Assembly (NCBI GenBank): GCA_965242505.1
Contig: OZ251449.1
Location: 2,552,184-2,616,183, forward strand
Direction: 5' to 3'
Source of the DNA: Alphaproteobacteria bacterium
GTDB taxonomy: Bacteria; Pseudomonadota; Alphaproteobacteria; UBA2966
DNA: 64,000 nt
In this document: piece after piece, positions 61,673 to 64,000 of the stretch
Position numbering within the stretch: the first letter of the stretch is position 1
How the letters are laid out: each line of letters begins with the position of its first letter
The notes under the pieces: model-generated
The model's input: only the letters and a program-made list of their open reading frames with translations
The model's database searches: none
Told to the model about the DNA's origin: nothing
Position numbers and translations under genes: made by a program

Positions 61673-63005
61673 GGTACAGACCGGATAGAAAGGTAACAGT
61701 TCAGACCGGATACATGGGTAACAGGTTAGAGGGTTGGTCGGGAGGTGCGGGAGGTGCGGCCGATGCCTTGGAAGGAGACCTGTCCGATGGACGAGAAGCT
61801 GGTTTTCGTTGCCGACTATCTGCGTGGCGAGTGGTCGATGACGGCGCTGTGCGAGCACTACGGCATCAGCCGCAAGACCGGGTACAAGTGGCTTGATCGG
61901 TATCGCGGCGACGGCCCGGAGGGTCTGGTCGAGCGGTCGCGGGCGCCGCGTCGCCATGGTCGGTCGATGGCGCCGTCGGTGGCCGAGGCGATCATCGCCT
62001 TGCGCCGCGCGCGTCCGCACTGGGGTCCGCGCAAGCTGCGGGCGGTGTTGGTGAGTCAGCGCCCCGAGGTGGCGTGGCCGGCGGCCAGCACGATGGGCGA
62101 CCTGCTGCGGGCGGAGGGTCTGGTGGCGCGCCGTCGCCGGCGCCGTCGGATGGCGGCTCCGTGTCGTCCGTTCCGCCCTGTGGCGGCTCCCAACGACGTG
62201 TGGTGTATCGACTTCAAGGGGTGGTTTCGCACCCGCGACGGCGTCCGCTGCGATCCGCTGACGATCACCGACGCCTACAGCCGCTTTCTGTTGGCGTGCG
62301 TCATCGTCCCGCTGCAGACCGCAGCGGTGGGGGCGGCGGTGGGGCGGGTGTTCCGGCGCTACGGGGTTCCCGAAGCCATCCGTTCGGACAACGGGGCGCC
62401 GTTCGCCGGTCCGGGGGCTGGGGGTCTGTCGCGTCTGTCGGTGGAATGGATCAAGGCCGGGATCGCGGTGGAGCGGATTGCGCGGGGTCAGCCGCAGCAG
62501 AACGGGAGGCACGAGCGGATGCATCGGACGTTGAAGGCCGAGACCGCGACGCCGCCGGCGGCGACGGCGGACGCGCAACAGGCCCGCTTCGACCGCTTCC
62601 GCCAGGACTTCAACGCCCATCGTCCGCATGAGGCCTTGGGGCAGAGGCCGCCTGCGGCGTTCTACCGGTCGTCGGAGCGGCGTCATCCCGAGCGCCTGGA
62701 GGAGCCCTGGTACGATGCCGAGCACGCGATGCGCCGGGTCCGCACCGATGGCTCCATCAAGTGGGGCGGCGACCTGGTCTTCATCAGCGAGACGCTGAGG
62801 GGCGAGCCTGTGGGCGTGGCCGAGACCGACGGGGGCGACTGGATCGTCCGCTTCGCGGATATCGACCTCGGGATCATCGATCGGAGGTCGAAGAAGCTAC
62901 ACCGCTTCCGTGCGGCCCGGCCGGGCCGCACGGAAGCGGGACAGACCGGGAACACTGTTACCCATGTATCCGGTCTATAGTGTTACCCATCTATCCGGTT
63001 GCTCA
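61673..63005 (+). mobile_element. IS481-like insertion sequence, copy 2 (1333 bp), inverted relative to copy 1
   Basis: Same termini as copy 1. Flanked by CGG on both sides. Confidence 0.85.
61745..62980 (+). CDS. IS481-family DDE transposase
   Basis: 411 aa. Differs from the copy 1 protein at about a dozen positions (e.g. GEHPEV vs SQRPEV). Confidence 0.85.
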   Translation: MREVRPMPWKETCPMDEKLVFVADYLRGEWSMTALCEHYGISRKTGYKWLDRYRGDGPEGLVERSRAPRRHGRSMAPSVAEAIIALRRARPHWGPRKLRAVLVSQRPEVAWPAASTMGDLLRAEGLVARRRRRRRMAAPCRPFRPVAAPNDVWCIDFKGWFRTRDGVRCDPLTITDAYSRFLLACVIVPLQTAAVGAAVGRVFRRYGVPEAIRSDNGAPFAGPGAGGLSRLSVEWIKAGIAVERIARGQPQQNGRHERMHRTLKAETATPPAATADAQQARFDRFRQDFNAHRPHEALGQRPPAAFYRSSERRHPERLEEPWYDAEHAMRRVRTDGSIKWGGDLVFISETLRGEPVGVAETDGGDWIVRFADIDLGIIDRRSKKLHRFRAARPGRTEAGQTGNTVTHVSGL

Positions 63006-63058
63006 CGGTCCCGCAACGCCGCGCAATCCTCGATCCCTGCCGGCATCGGAAATGCGGG
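63006..63058 (-). repeat. mosaic element copy R8, A tail half (right flank of IS copy 2)
   Basis: CGGTCCCGCAACGCCGCGCAATCCTCGATCCCTGCCGGCATCGGAAATGCGGG. Confidence 0.8.
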
Positions 63059-63174
63059 TCGACATGGCGAATCCCGAATTACGCAGGTGTTTCGGGATTC
63101 CTTCACACGCGCGAAAGCGGGAAGCCAGGAACCCTGATGAGAACTCCCCCTCCCGGCCGCTGGCGCGCGGCGCC

Positions 63175-63300
63175 TCAGCCGTGCCGGACCGAAGGTCCGG
63201 AGGTGGTCTCCTGGGTGGAAAAACCGAGATAGTCGAGGGCGATGTCCGCGCCCACGGAGATCACGGCAATAGCCAGAAATGCGATAAGCATGGCTTTCAT
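63175..63300 (-). CDS. possible 41-aa membrane peptide coupled to the upstream cytochrome c gene
   Basis: My own translation: MKAMLIAFLAIAVISVGADIALDYLGFSTQETTSGPSVRHG. ATG overlaps the upstream TGA (ATGA). Confidence 0.3.
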   Translation of the reverse strand: MKAMLIAFLAIAVISVGADIALDYLGFSTQETTSGPSVRHG

Positions 63301-64000
63301 CGGTTACCTCCCCGCTCCGCCGTCGCGCGCCTCAGGAACGCGATCAGGTCCTTCCTGTCGGCGGCCCCGGTGATCCGTTGCATCGGCATCTTGGAACCGG
63401 GAATGAAGCCGTCCGGACCAAGATCGAACAGCGCGTCGATCGTGCCGACGTCCCAGATGATATCGGAATTCCGGAGCGTTGGCGAGTAGCTGTAGTTCGC
63501 CAGACTTCCCGCCGGGCGTCCGAATATCCCGAGGAGCGTGGGACCGGCGCGCCGGCGCCCGTCCGTGTTCAGCGTGTGGCAGATCGAGCATTTACGCTGG
63601 AACTGGCGCTCCCCGTTGCTCATCCCTGCCGGGTCCCTGAGAAACGACAGCTCGCCGGCCGCCATGGGTTCGTGCTCGCCGAGCGACGCCACGGGCCAGC
63701 CATACATGGCGTCGTCGAGGCCGCCCGCGTGTATGTTGCCGCCGTCGGCGGAGAAACGGAGCGCCCAGATGGGGCCGCGCAGGGTCGCGCGAAAGTCCCC
63801 GGCGACCCGCCATGTCGCGCTGTCGATGAGCTTGATGAACCCGTGGCCATCGCCCACCGCCAGGGTCGCGAACTCCCGATCGGCCGCCATGGCGAGGATG
63901 GGATTGCGTTCGCCGCTGAAATCGGCGATCGTGTCGCCGCTGTCGACGTCCATCACCCGTATCGTCCCGTCCACCGCGCCGTAGGCCAGCCACCCTCCGG
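63297..64000 (-). CDS. beta-propeller (WD40-like) protein fused to a C-terminal class I c-type cytochrome; 5'-partial at window end
   Basis: DGTIRVMDVDSGD WD-like repeat. Heme motif CSICH with GPTLLGIFGRPAG..IPGSKMPMQ..RKDLIAFL (mitochondrial-type cytochrome c layout). Frame is open to position 64000. Confidence 0.7.
   Translation of the reverse strand, partial: GGWLAYGAVDGTIRVMDVDSGDTIADFSGERNPILAMAADREFATLAVGDGHGFIKLIDSATWRVAGDFRATLRGPIWALRFSADGGNIHAGGLDDAMYGWPVASLGEHEPMAAGELSFLRDPAGMSNGERQFQRKCSICHTLNTDGRRRAGPTLLGIFGRPAGSLANYSYSPTLRNSDIIWDVGTIDALFDLGPDGFIPGSKMPMQRITGAADRKDLIAFLRRATAERGGNR

Noticed and set aside
40125-63005. Calling the IS-bracketed 20-kb region a composite transposon.
   Set aside because: Each IS copy carries its own 3-bp flanking repeat (CGG/CGG and CGG/CAG). 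Each reconstitutes its own repeat-element target, which indicates separate insertions. The two transposases also differ at about a dozen residues.

Overview
High-G+C chromosomal window with synteny typical of Alphaproteobacteria, probably Rhodospirillales-like. All calls come from reading the ORF track and the DNA by eye, with no database search. Roughly 1-40 kb is core genome. It holds xerC-DUF484-fsa, priA and atpHAGDC. It also holds a long minus-strand housekeeping run (rplU-rpmA-obgE-proB-proA-nadD-rsfS-rlmH-gpmI-envC-like-ctpA-rppH), then tRNA-Ser(CGA), two AEC transporters, corC-like, aroB-aroK and xerD-mcl-accA. Five things stand out. (1) A family of GC-rich, hairpin-rich, MITE/REP-like mosaic elements fills many intergenic gaps, with about 10 copies or fragments. 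(2) Two 1333-bp IS481-like copies in inverted orientation are each inserted in the same 12-bp palindrome of that element. They bracket a 20.2-kb accessory segment. (3) Inside that segment, a 3.4-kb tandem duplication carries two MmeI-like single-chain restriction-modification genes. The two genes differ in short cassettes. (4) A 2.4-kb decayed phage remnant lies between a CBS gene and tRNA-Ser. It retains a 5'-truncated MuF-family gene with a toxin-like C-terminal domain, followed by five small ORFs chained by overlapping or abutting stop/start codons. (5) Three genes are disrupted: atpG (1-nt frameshift), a DMGDH-family gene (two in-frame TAG codons) and an amidase (frameshift). Many long ORFs in the track are high-GC shadow frames and were not called.
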